DNA of 64,000 nucleotides from an uncultured Gammaproteobacteria bacterium (GTDB lineage Bacteria; Pseudomonadota; Gammaproteobacteria; JACCXJ01): NCBI GenBank assembly GCA_963764725.1, contig CAVXTM010000007.1, positions 54,819 to 118,818 of the forward strand, read 5' to 3'. Shown piece by piece: positions 48,047 to 56,572 of this stretch (position 1 is its first letter; each line of letters starts with the position of its first letter). The notes under the pieces were generated by a model. It saw only the letters and a program-made list of their open reading frames with translations, ran no database searches and was not told where the DNA came from. The position numbers and the translations under genes were made by a program.

Positions 48047-49177
48047 CTACACATGGGCTGGGGATCGTGTCGAGCCGGGTGGTCTGAGGTTTGTGGGCAT
48101 CCATGGGCGGCGGATGCGCCGTGAGCTATGGAAGCGGAGTCGTCCCCCGCAGGCCTGGCAGGTCGGTTGTGGCCGGGGTGGCAGTTCGACCTCCGGTACG
48201 GTCACGGTGAAGCCAAAGGCCAATTCGACTTTGGCCTTGAGATCTGCGATGGGCACCTTGGCGGTGGGCGACAGGAAGCCATAGTAGCGGACTTTCATGA
48301 ACCCGGTAGGCAAGACGTGCTGGAGGAAACGGCGGATGAACTCCAAGGCGTCGAGGATCACGGTCCGCAACCGAGCGCTGCCGGTTTTTTTGTAGGAGAA
48401 GGAGACCCGTCCGTCCTCGACCTTGAGGATGCGGTGATCCGAGATAGCCACCTTGAAGACGTAGGGAGCGAGATAGGCGATCGAAGCCTCGGCACGGGGT
48501 ACGGCCTGGCAGTTGACGTTCCAGTCCTGCAGCCAGGTCTCCGAGGGGATCTGATCGAGCAGTCCGGCGGTGTGCATGAGATCGCGGAACTTGCCGCGGA
48601 ACAGCCGTGAGAGGGCTTTCACGGGCAAGAAGAAGGCGAGGCTTGAAGCATGCCAGGCGCCATCCTCAGCGGAAAGCGCCCCGCCCGGCACGACGTAATG
48701 GATGTGTGGGTGATACTGCAGTTGCCGGCCCCAGGTGTGAAGCACGCCGAAGAAACCGGCTTGGTCGGCGTTGAGGAAGCGCGGATCGCGCACCAGCGTC
48801 TTGATGGCTTGAGAGGATGCCTGGAACAGTGCATCGTAGCCCAGTTGCTGGTGGCTACGCAGAAACGCGCGCAGGGGCTCGGGAACGGTGAAGGTGAGCA
48901 TAAAGTGGTGGCCTGGCAGCTGGCGTTGGAGCTGTCGCTCGAGCCACTGCTGGGACTTGCGGTGTTGGCAGCCGGGGCAATGACGATTGCCGCAGGCGGC
49001 CGGAACGAGATGGTGATGGCCGCAGTCATCGCACTGATAGCAGACTGAGCCATAGGTCTCGGTGCGGCATTGACAGATGGCCTCGATGGTCTTTTTGTGC
49101 TCTCTGGGCATGGATTGTTCGTAGTGCTGGAGATATCCAGGGCCGTAGGTGCGGAAGATGTCATTGATGATGCCCAT
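48047..49177 (-). CDS. IS91-family (Y2 HUH) rolling-circle transposase
   Basis: Zn-finger CQCRT...CDDC...CGNRHCPGCQ, FTVP, LHTWG, HPHIH (HUH), YLAPY (two Tyr), FIRRFLQHVLP, RYYG. Confidence 0.92.
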   Translation of the reverse strand: MGIINDIFRTYGPGYLQHYEQSMPREHKKTIEAICQCRTETYGSVCYQCDDCGHHHLVPAACGNRHCPGCQHRKSQQWLERQLQRQLPGHHFMLTFTVPEPLRAFLRSHQQLGYDALFQASSQAIKTLVRDPRFLNADQAGFFGVLHTWGRQLQYHPHIHYVVPGGALSAEDGAWHASSLAFFLPVKALSRLFRGKFRDLMHTAGLLDQIPSETWLQDWNVNCQAVPRAEASIAYLAPYVFKVAISDHRILKVEDGRVSFSYKKTGSARLRTVILDALEFIRRFLQHVLPTGFMKVRYYGFLSPTAKVPIADLKAKVELAFGFTVTVPEVELPPRPQPTCQACGGRLRFHSSRRIRRPWMPTNLRPPGSTRSPAHV

Positions 49178-49178
49178 C

Positions 49179-50051
49179 TCAGAGTCCCTCCATCACCTGG
49201 TTGATGAGGGCCGAGGCGTTTTCCTGACCGGTCTGGGTCAGGTGCAGGTAGATCATGGTGGTTTCAAGACTGCTGTGGCCGAGGTAACGTTGGATGGTGC
49301 GGATATTGACGCCCGCTTCCAGGAGGTGTGTGGCATAGGAGTGCCTGAGAGAATGCACGCAGGCTTCTCGGGCTCGGATCTGGGCTGCGAACTTGGCGCG
49401 CCGGAAGGCGCCCTGCACCGAGCTTTTAGCCATGGGATGGTCAGCCGAGCGTGCGGACTTCGCATTACGCCCCATCGCCGGAAAGAGAAGTCTCGGGTTG
49501 CGGTGTGAAGCCCAGTGTTTGCGCAGGATGAGGAGGGTTGCTTGGGGCAGCGGGAGGAGGCGATCCTTGGAGCCTTTCCCGCGGTGGATGTGCAACATCA
49601 TGCGCTGGCTATCAATATCCCCCACCTCCAGATGCTGGGCTTCCTGCAAGCGCAGACCGCAAGCATAGACGGTGGCGAGGAAGGCGTAGTTATGCGGGGT
49701 GCGTACGCAGCCCAGGAGTCGGCGGACTTCTTCACGGCTGAGCACCGTGGGCAACTGTTGCTCGCGTTGAGCATGGATAAGCTTGAGCGTGTGCCAGTCG
49801 CGATGCAGGACATGCTCGAAGAAAAACCGCAGCCCGCTGTAGCAGATCCGCAAGGTCGCGGGTGACCAACGATCGACGTTACGCCGGTGGAGAAAATAGC
49901 GCTGCAGATCGTCCTCGGTGATCTGATCCGGGGTTTTATGGTAGAACTCAACAAGCATGCGCACGGCGCGGGTGTAAGCTTCTTGGGTGCGTTCGCCTTT
50001 ACCGTTGAGCTGAAGGGCATTGATTGACTTCTGATACCAATCTTTCATCAT
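49179..50051 (-). CDS. Tyrosine recombinase with N-terminal SAM-like domain
   Basis: ERTQEAY, LPTVLS, GLRLQE, GKGSKDR, HSLRHSYATH, LGH, TMIY; no IntI-specific insertion; AGGAG RBS. Confidence 0.92.
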   Translation of the reverse strand: MMKDWYQKSINALQLNGKGERTQEAYTRAVRMLVEFYHKTPDQITEDDLQRYFLHRRNVDRWSPATLRICYSGLRFFFEHVLHRDWHTLKLIHAQREQQLPTVLSREEVRRLLGCVRTPHNYAFLATVYACGLRLQEAQHLEVGDIDSQRMMLHIHRGKGSKDRLLPLPQATLLILRKHWASHRNPRLLFPAMGRNAKSARSADHPMAKSSVQGAFRRAKFAAQIRAREACVHSLRHSYATHLLEAGVNIRTIQRYLGHSSLETTMIYLHLTQTGQENASALINQVMEGL

Positions 50052-50222
50052 GGCCGTTCTCCTGTCATGGGGATGGGATGTCCGGAACCTTCCGCGGACC
50101 TCCGACAGGAAAACAGAGTTGACGTGAGGGCTAAAGGGCGACGGCCGATCAACCGCCGGCAAACCGAATTGCGACAGCCAACCTCAATGAACCGAATCTG
50201 CCGCGTAGCGGCTTACTTGAAC

Positions 50223-50271
50223 CCCGTAATGCAGCCGACCGGCCGCGGGCCGGCAGCTGATTAAGAACGTT
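50223..50271 (+). other. attC2, displaced body (its R'' TCCTAAC is at 47732-47738)
   Basis: TAATGCAGC / GCTGATTA L boxes with an extrahelical G, central CCGGCC/GGCCGG stem, spacer, then GTT at 50269-50271. Confidence 0.8.
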
Positions 50272-52053
50272 GAAGCTGTCGATAAACCCCTTGTTTGTGG
50301 GTTATGTGGTAGAATGACGCTATCTGATCATAACGACAGATAGAGCACTGATGCCACGTTACAAAGACTACTCCTACGATCAGCATAAGCTCCTCCCGAT
50401 TGCCTTTCGGGAGCAGATTCTCCCAGGCACCTTCGAATACACGTTGAATTACCTGATTGACAAGGAAGTTGATCTCTCGGTATTCGAAACACGTTACCGT
50501 AACGAGGAGACGGGGGCACCGGCCTATGATCCGGCGATACTGTTAAAGATCATTCTTTACGCTTATGCGCGGAGAATTATTTCCAGCCGCGAGATTGAGC
50601 GCTGTTGCCGGGAGAACATTATTTTCATGGCCTTAAGTGCCGATACCCAGCCGCATTTCAGCACCATCGCCGGTTTTATCTCCTCGATGAGCGAGAGATC
50701 CCGGTAGTGTTTCGCGATGTGCTGCTGTACTGTGATGAGATGGGTTTGATCGGCCGGGAGCTCTTTGCCATCGATGGGTGCAAAATGCCCTCGAACGCCT
50801 CGAAGGAATGGAGTGGCACGCGGGCGGAGTTTGAGAAGAAGAAACAGAAGATGGAAGCTGCCATACGGTATTTGCTCAAGAGGCATCGAGAGCGGGATAA
50901 AAGCGACGAGGCTGTCTCGATGGTGGAGCGGGAAGAAAAGCAGCTTAAGACGCTGCGTGAGAAGGTTAAGAAGATCAAACGCTGGCTGGACCACAACGAG
51001 GACAAGCCCGGCAAGGGCGGGAAGCCGAGGAAAAGCAACCTCACCGACAACGAGAGCGCCAAGATGAAATCCGCCCATGGGGTGATCCAGGGTTACGATG
51101 GGGTGGCCACGGTGGACGCCAAGCATCAGGTTGTAGTCCATGCCGAGGCTTTCGGGGAAGCCCAGGAGCATGACTTGTTGGTGCCGATGATTGAGGGGAC
51201 ACGCGAAAGCTTTCAAGGGATTGGCCGGGAGGAGGACATCTTCGAGGACATCAAGCTCACGGCCGATGCGGGGTTTCACACCGAAGCCAACATGAAGCGC
51301 GTATTTGAGGACGGGATCGATGCTTATGTGGCCGACACCCTGTTTCGCAAGCGCGATCCTCGCTTTGCCGAAGCGGGGCGTTATAAAGAACGACACCGCA
51401 AGGAACGGCGCGAGACCCGGATGAAAGACGGTACGGTTTTATTCGCCAACCACGATTTTCATTACGATCCGGACCGTCAGCTCTGTATTTGTCCTGCGGG
51501 CAAGAAGCTCTATCGGAACGGGAGCAACGTGATCGTCAACGGCTATCAGGCGGTCAAATTCCGCGCCCCGAAAAGTGCCTGCCGTCGTCACCTGAGGGCG
51601 CAGTGTTTGAAGCATCCTGATCGCAGCGACGTGCGACAGGTGTATTTTTTCAGCGGCCAGACACCGAACCGGCCCGAGACCTTTACCAGTAAAATGAAAC
51701 GCAAAATCGACTCCGTGCTGGGCCGTGCCCTCTACGGCAGGCGGCTGGGGACGGTGGAACCCGTCTTTGCCAATATCACGCGCATGCTCAGGCTAAATCG
51801 TTTCACCCTGCGCAGCAAGCGCAAAGTGAACACCCAGTGGTTACTCTTTTGTTTGGTCCATAACGTCGGAAAGATCCACCGCTATGCACCCCGATGAGGT
51901 TAACCACGGTGGAGGTCGGGCGATCAGAATGGAGCGCGATCGAGATCCCTTGGTGTTTAGGGCAAGTAAGCTACCATGCCGAGTTTCCATTCATGCCCAC
52001 ACTATTCGTAACGGTGAAAACACCGGCTCATAAACGGGTTTTTCGACAGACTC
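50272..52053 (+). mobile_element. IS1182-family insertion sequence at the R' GTT of attC2
   Basis: Imperfect IRs GAAGCTGTCGATAAACCCCTT / GAGTCTGTCGAAAAACCCGTT (17/21); GTT on both flanks (50269-50271, 52054-52056). Confidence 0.88.
50351..51897 (+). CDS. IS1182-family transposase (frameshift near 50695)
   Basis: GAPAYDP, SSREIE, PHFSTIA, AIDGCK, NLTDNES, ADAGF, RLGTVEPVFANI, LVHNV; split over two frames. Confidence 0.85.
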
Positions 52054-52160
52054 GTTGGTCGGCGCGCAGCGCCGGGGCCACCGCTATTAGAAGGGGAGAT
52101 GACCGTGGATAGGATCACAGGCTTTGATAAGCGCGATCGCGACGGCGCTAAGCGCGCGCC

Positions 52161-52259
52161 CACCAACGGAGCGCGAGTTGTCGCACGTCGAGTTGTCCGG
52201 CGCTGCGCGCCGTCCAACTCTCGGTCGAGCGGCACCGCTCAACTCGCGCTCCGTTCGGC
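52161..52259 (+). other. attC3, closing a short, nearly ORF-less cassette (52055-52253)
   Basis: CACCAAC...GTTCGGC with palindromic arms AACGGAGCGCGAGTTG / CAACTCGCGCTCCGTT; alternative R'' GTCCAAC at 52212. Confidence 0.65.
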
Positions 52260-52298
52260 GTCATAAGGATCAGCGTCGCCAGAATACCGAGCCTTGGG

Positions 52299-53129
52299 AT
52301 GGAGCAACCCTCAACCGACCCGCATCTTTCCGTGCCCCTCGGCTACGTCGAGCCACATGCAGGGCTATTGCGGGCGCCTCCTGACGATCAGTCCTTGTAC
52401 AAGATCTCGACGGTTGAGAACCTGCTTAGCTCCTTGGTCGGCAACTACCTCCACTTCAACGGAGTGGATAGTTATCCAGACTTCCCCGGTGCGGATGTGC
52501 ACGACGGGGAGCAGTTGCCGGAAGACAAACCCCTAAATACGAGCGCCCGGTTTCAGAAGGCGCCGGACTTTTCCCTGGCTCACTACTACGACCAATCGCG
52601 CGCTAGAACGTATGCATTCTGCACGTCGCTAGAGAACACGGACCACATCTGGGCGACCTATGGAAATGGCTCCGCCCGAGGCAAGGTTTGCGTCGTCTTC
52701 TCCTTCGGGAAGCTACGAGCAAGACTGAACCAGACGCTCCAACCTGGAAACTCGGGTCTCCTATACAACGGCGTTCGGTGCCACCAGATCTTCTCCGTGA
52801 ACTATGGCATCGTTGATTACGTTGACTGGAAGACCTATAGAGCAAACGCTAAGGTTGCGCCGAATCCCATCGTGTACACATATCTTAAGGACACGCAGTT
52901 CTTCCGCGAAAAGGAACTTCGCATTTCGCTATCCGCGCTCGGTATCGGGAATTTCGCTCTGAATGACGATGCGATCATGCAGTTTCCGCCTAGTCTGCAA
53001 CTGACCTTCGATTTCAAAGCTGCCTTGGGAGGCGGAACCATTCAGCAGCTTCTGCTTTCGCCCGAGACCGACGTTGCATTTCTGAACGCGGAGTTGAACA
53101 AACTTCGCATCGTTGCGATGCAGGGTTAA
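52299..53129 (+). CDS. Gene cassette 4: hypothetical protein (DUF2971-like)
   Basis: AFCTS...HIWATYG...VCV...K...F..EKELRI pattern; bounded by GTTCGGC and GCCGAAC. Confidence 0.7.
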   Translation: MEQPSTDPHLSVPLGYVEPHAGLLRAPPDDQSLYKISTVENLLSSLVGNYLHFNGVDSYPDFPGADVHDGEQLPEDKPLNTSARFQKAPDFSLAHYYDQSRARTYAFCTSLENTDHIWATYGNGSARGKVCVVFSFGKLRARLNQTLQPGNSGLLYNGVRCHQIFSVNYGIVDYVDWKTYRANAKVAPNPIVYTYLKDTQFFREKELRISLSALGIGNFALNDDAIMQFPPSLQLTFDFKAALGGGTIQQLLLSPETDVAFLNAELNKLRIVAMQG

Positions 53130-53140
53130 AGCTTCATGCC

Positions 53141-53236
53141 GCCGAACCACGCGCTCAACCGGACCGCCCGCAAGCTGCGCTTGCGGGTACCCTCGTCGCT
53201 CCGCTCCTCGGCGGCCGGTTAGCGCGAGCGTTTAGG
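53141..53236 (+). other. attC4
   Basis: R'' GCCGAAC is the exact complement of the cassette start GTTCGGC; L'' CGCTCAAC / L' GTTAGCG; R' GTTTAGG. Confidence 0.88.
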
Positions 53237-53302
53237 GGTGGCGGACGTGAACGGCTGGGAGCGGCGATTGTTCCAGGGAATTGGGTTGTCACGCATACGC
53301 AA

Positions 53303-53851
53303 GTGATTCCCCAAATTCCGGACGTGACTCCGAGTCCAGCGAAGGGAATGCTATTGAGCACAATGCTTCCCGCGCTCCACTATCTCCCGATCGTTGCGAC
53401 GCTCGACGAGGCGCTAGCGGAGTACATCGACGTCAACGCCGTTCCTTGGCCGAACAAGACAAAGCGGGACCTGTTCAATCGCATCAATGTCGTTTCCGGT
53501 GACGTCCCGCCTATTGATACCGCCGCGCTCCATGCAGTCCGCGAGCGAAGAAATGAGATCGCTCATGAACCAGATCTCATTCTCTCGCGTCCTATCTCGT
53601 GGAGTGAGCTGGAGGCGGCGATCGATTGCATCTGCCACGCTATGAGGGAGTTGCGTTTGATTGGCGAGATCCCACAGATCGCCGCCTTTTACGAGAGGAC
53701 CCCGGAGCTGTTCCTAAATGAGCTAGGGCCCCAAGGTGAACGAATTCGCCACCAGTTCACCGTGGGTGCAAAGCTCAACGGTGAAGTCTTCTCGGAGTTC
53801 TCGCATGGCGTTCCATACTTTCCGCTTGTGAGCGGTCGGGGAGATAGATAA
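53303..53851 (+). CDS. Gene cassette 5: HEPN-like hypothetical protein, 3' end truncated by an IS remnant
   Basis: RNEIAH (RxxxxH) in helical context; last codons come from the IS end; start uncertain. Confidence 0.55.
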   Translation: MIPQIPDVTPSPAKGMLLSTMLPALHYLPIVATLDEALAEYIDVNAVPWPNKTKRDLFNRINVVSGDVPPIDTAALHAVRERRNEIAHEPDLILSRPISWSELEAAIDCICHAMRELRLIGEIPQIAAFYERTPELFLNELGPQGERIRHQFTVGAKLNGEVFSEFSHGVPYFPLVSGRGDR

Positions 53852-54005
53852 CAAAGTAGTCTGGGGACATGGGTTACACATTATGTCGTGAAAGCCGTCC
53901 GAAGGCATCCTCGATACGCATGTGTTTTTCTAGTAGTCGTCCGAGCTTAAGGGCCCGAAGTAGACATTCCACACCCCGTCATCGATCTCTTCGAGCCCGA
54001 CACCG
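53829..54005 (-). mobile_element. IS481-family right-end remnant
   Basis: Transposase C-terminus VGLEEIDDGVWNVYFGPL on the minus strand; end with tandem motifs GGGGAGATAGATAACA / GGGGACATGGGTTACA. Confidence 0.65.
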
Positions 54006-54250
54006 AGCAGGTGCCGCTGCTGGAAGAAGGCGGCATTGAGGCCTTCCTGCGCCGCGAAGTCCTGCCGCACGCTGCGGATGCCTGGTATGTGCCGGACAGC
54101 GTCAAGACCGGCTACGAGATCAGCTTCACGCGGTACTTCTATAAGCCGCAGCCGCTGCGCACGCTGGAGGAGATCCGCGCCGACATACTCGCGATCGAGA
54201 AGGAGACCGAGGGGCTGCTCGGCGAGATCATCGGAAGCGGCGGGCGATGA
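54000..54250 (+). pseudogene. Type I R-M methyltransferase (HsdM) C-terminal fragment
   Basis: DTEQVPL...FLRREVLPHAADAW...GYEISFTRYFY...RTLEEIRADI. Confidence 0.8.
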
Positions 54251-55299
54251 GCGTGCTTGTCGACCCTGAAGGCCAGCATCGGCGCTCGCTACGCCTTCAG
54301 GGATACGATTACACACAGGCGGGGGCGTATTTCGTGACCATCGTTACCCAAGACCGTGCCTGCCTGTTTGGAGACGTGGTGGACGGCCACATGCGGTTGA
54401 ACGATGCCGGGCGAATGGTAGCCGCCGAATGGGATGCGTTGTGCGCCCGGTTCATGCACATCGATCGGGATGCATTCGTCGTGATGCCTAATCACATCCA
54501 CGGCGTCGTCGTCATCGCCGGAACCACCGGCACAGACGGTTCCACCGTAGGGGCGGCCCTTGTGGGTGCCCACACCGACGGCGCGCCGGTGTTCGACTCG
54601 ATCATCGTGGTCACCGACCGGCGCCTCCTCGACCAGCAGATCAAGGACACCATCAAAGAGTTCGCGCAGGTGGGCGCGACTGTGGGCCACGCCGAGCATT
54701 CCGGCGATCTGCGCAGGTTCATCGCCCCAGGGAAGAAGATCATCATCTCCACGGTGCAGAAGTTCCCGTTCATCTTGGACGAGATCGGCAGCGAGCACCG
54801 CGGGCGGAGTTTCGCGATCGACATGGACAGCTACCGGGTCGAGAAGCAGGCGGCGGCGAAGATCCAGCTCCCGGACACGGACGCGGAGATCGAGCCGGTC
54901 CCGGCCGCTGGCGGCGGACGCAAGCCCGAACCGAAGCTCGACCGCCTCTCGAACATCCTCAAGACCTTCAACGACCAGTTCGGCAACATCCCGTGGACTG
55001 ACGCCGACCGCGTGCACAAGCTGATCACCGAGGACATCCCGAATCGCGTCGCAGCCGATACGGCCTACCAGAACGCGAAGAAGAACTCGGATAAGCAGAA
55101 CGCCCGCATCGAGCACGACAAGGCGCTCGCGCGCGTGATGACGGCGGTGCTGAAGGACGATACGGAACTCTTCAAGCAGTTCATGGACAACGAGTCGTTC
55201 CGGCGGTGGATGACCGACACGGACTTCGGGCTTACCTACGAATCATCGGGGGAAGATCCGCGAGCGAGCATGCGACGCAGCGATCGGGATCTCCGGTAG
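54247..55299 (+). pseudogene. In-frame chimera: RAYT/Y1 transposase N-terminus plus two HsdR fragments
   Basis: RRSLRLQGYDY...YFVT...VVMPNHIHG, then IIVVTDRRLLDQQI...STVQKF, then DMDSYRVEK...ELFKQFMDNESFRRW. Confidence 0.75.
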
Positions 55300-55405
55300 A
55301 TTCACGCACAATTTCCTGAGCAGCTCTCAAGACACGACTCGATCTTGTTGACGCGGCGAGTTTACTCGCTAGAATGATGCCGCACTGCGGCAATTGTTGA
55401 CCCGA

Positions 55406-56572
55406 ATGCGACCCGCTATACGCCCGACGCGACCGTTTTTCTCTTCGGGGCCTTGCGCCAAACGGCCCGGTTGGAGCCCGGAGGTACTGGCGGGCGCGGC
55501 TACCGGCCGTTCACACCGATCTCGCGCGGGCAAGGCAAAGCTTACGGAAGTCTTGGAGCGTACACGTTCGCTCTTGCGATTGCCGGACGGTTACCGCATC
55601 GGCCTCGTCCCGGCTTCGGATACGGGGGCCGTGGAAGCGGCGTTGTGGTCGTTGCTCGGGGCGCGGGGCGTGGATTGTCTCGGCTGGGATAGCTTCGGAC
55701 ACAGCTGGCAGCGGGAAATAGTCGATGAGTTGCGGATCCAGGACGTTCGCTGCCTGAGCGCCGATTACGGCGCGCTGCCCGATCTCACCGAGGTTGACTT
55801 CGATCGTGACGTCGTGTTCGTCTGGAACGGCACGACCTCGGGAGTCAAGGTGCCCAATGGTGACTGGATCGCCGATGCGCGCACTGGGCTCACCGTCTGC
55901 GACGCTACCTCGGCCGTATTCTCGGTCGCTCTCCCCTGGCCCAAGCTCGATGTGACCACGTTCTCGTGGCAGAAGGTGCTCGGCGGCGAGGCTCAGCACG
56001 GCATGATCGTGTTGAGCCCGCGGGCGGTCAGCAGGCTGGAGGAATACACACCTCCGTGGCCCGTTCCGAAGGTGTTGAGCCTCAAGAGCAGAGGCCGGAT
56101 CAATGAGGATATTTTTAGCGGCGGCGCGACCAACACGCCCTCGCTGCTCTGCGTGGAAGACTATCTAGACGCGTTGCGCTGGGCAGAAATGGCCGGGGGC
56201 CAGCCTGCGTTGATGCAACGTTGCTCCCAAAACTTCGCTGCGCTCGCCGCGTGGGTGGAACGGACCCCGTGGATTGACTTTCTGGCCACGCTACCCGCCA
56301 CGCGCTCGACGACTTCTGTATGCCTGAAGATCACGGCCCCGTGGTTCACTGAGCAGCCGGATCCAAAGCGCTGGGAGCTCGTACATGATCTTTGCAGCTT
56401 GCTGGAGGCCGAGGGTGTCGCCTTCGACATCGCTGCTCACCGGAACGCGCCCCCGGGTATTCGCATCTGGTGTGGGGCTACGGTGGAAACCACGGACCTC
56501 GTCGCGGTGCTCCCGTGGTTGGAATGGGGGTATCGAGTGCTGCAGACAACCGCAATCGAGATCAGGAAATGA
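55406..56572 (+). CDS. serC: Phosphoserine aminotransferase (Methanosarcina/alphaproteobacterial type)
   Basis: FSSGPCAKRPGW, GRSHRS, WNGTTSGV, DATSA, FSWQKVLGGE, NTPS, RIWCGATVE. Confidence 0.92.
   Translation: MRPAIRPTRPFFSSGPCAKRPGWSPEVLAGAATGRSHRSRAGKAKLTEVLERTRSLLRLPDGYRIGLVPASDTGAVEAALWSLLGARGVDCLGWDSFGHSWQREIVDELRIQDVRCLSADYGALPDLTEVDFDRDVVFVWNGTTSGVKVPNGDWIADARTGLTVCDATSAVFSVALPWPKLDVTTFSWQKVLGGEAQHGMIVLSPRAVSRLEEYTPPWPVPKVLSLKSRGRINEDIFSGGATNTPSLLCVEDYLDALRWAEMAGGQPALMQRCSQNFAALAAWVERTPWIDFLATLPATRSTTSVCLKITAPWFTEQPDPKRWELVHDLCSLLEAEGVAFDIAAHRNAPPGIRIWCGATVETTDLVAVLPWLEWGYRVLQTTAIEIRK

Larger units (their letters stand above)
47739..50222 (-). mobile_element. Tyrosine recombinase + IS91-type transposase element inserted at the R'' AAC of attC2
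   Basis: Removing 47739-50222 restores attC2; end motifs GTTCAAGAAGCC (47782-47793) and GGCTTACTTGAAC (50210-50222); terminal hairpin 47745-47778. Confidence 0.85.

Noticed and set aside
53846-53880. AGATAAC...GGTTACA as an attC for cassette 5
   Set aside because: No L boxes or palindrome; the sequence is tandem direct motifs typical of an IS481-family end next to a transposase C-terminal remnant.
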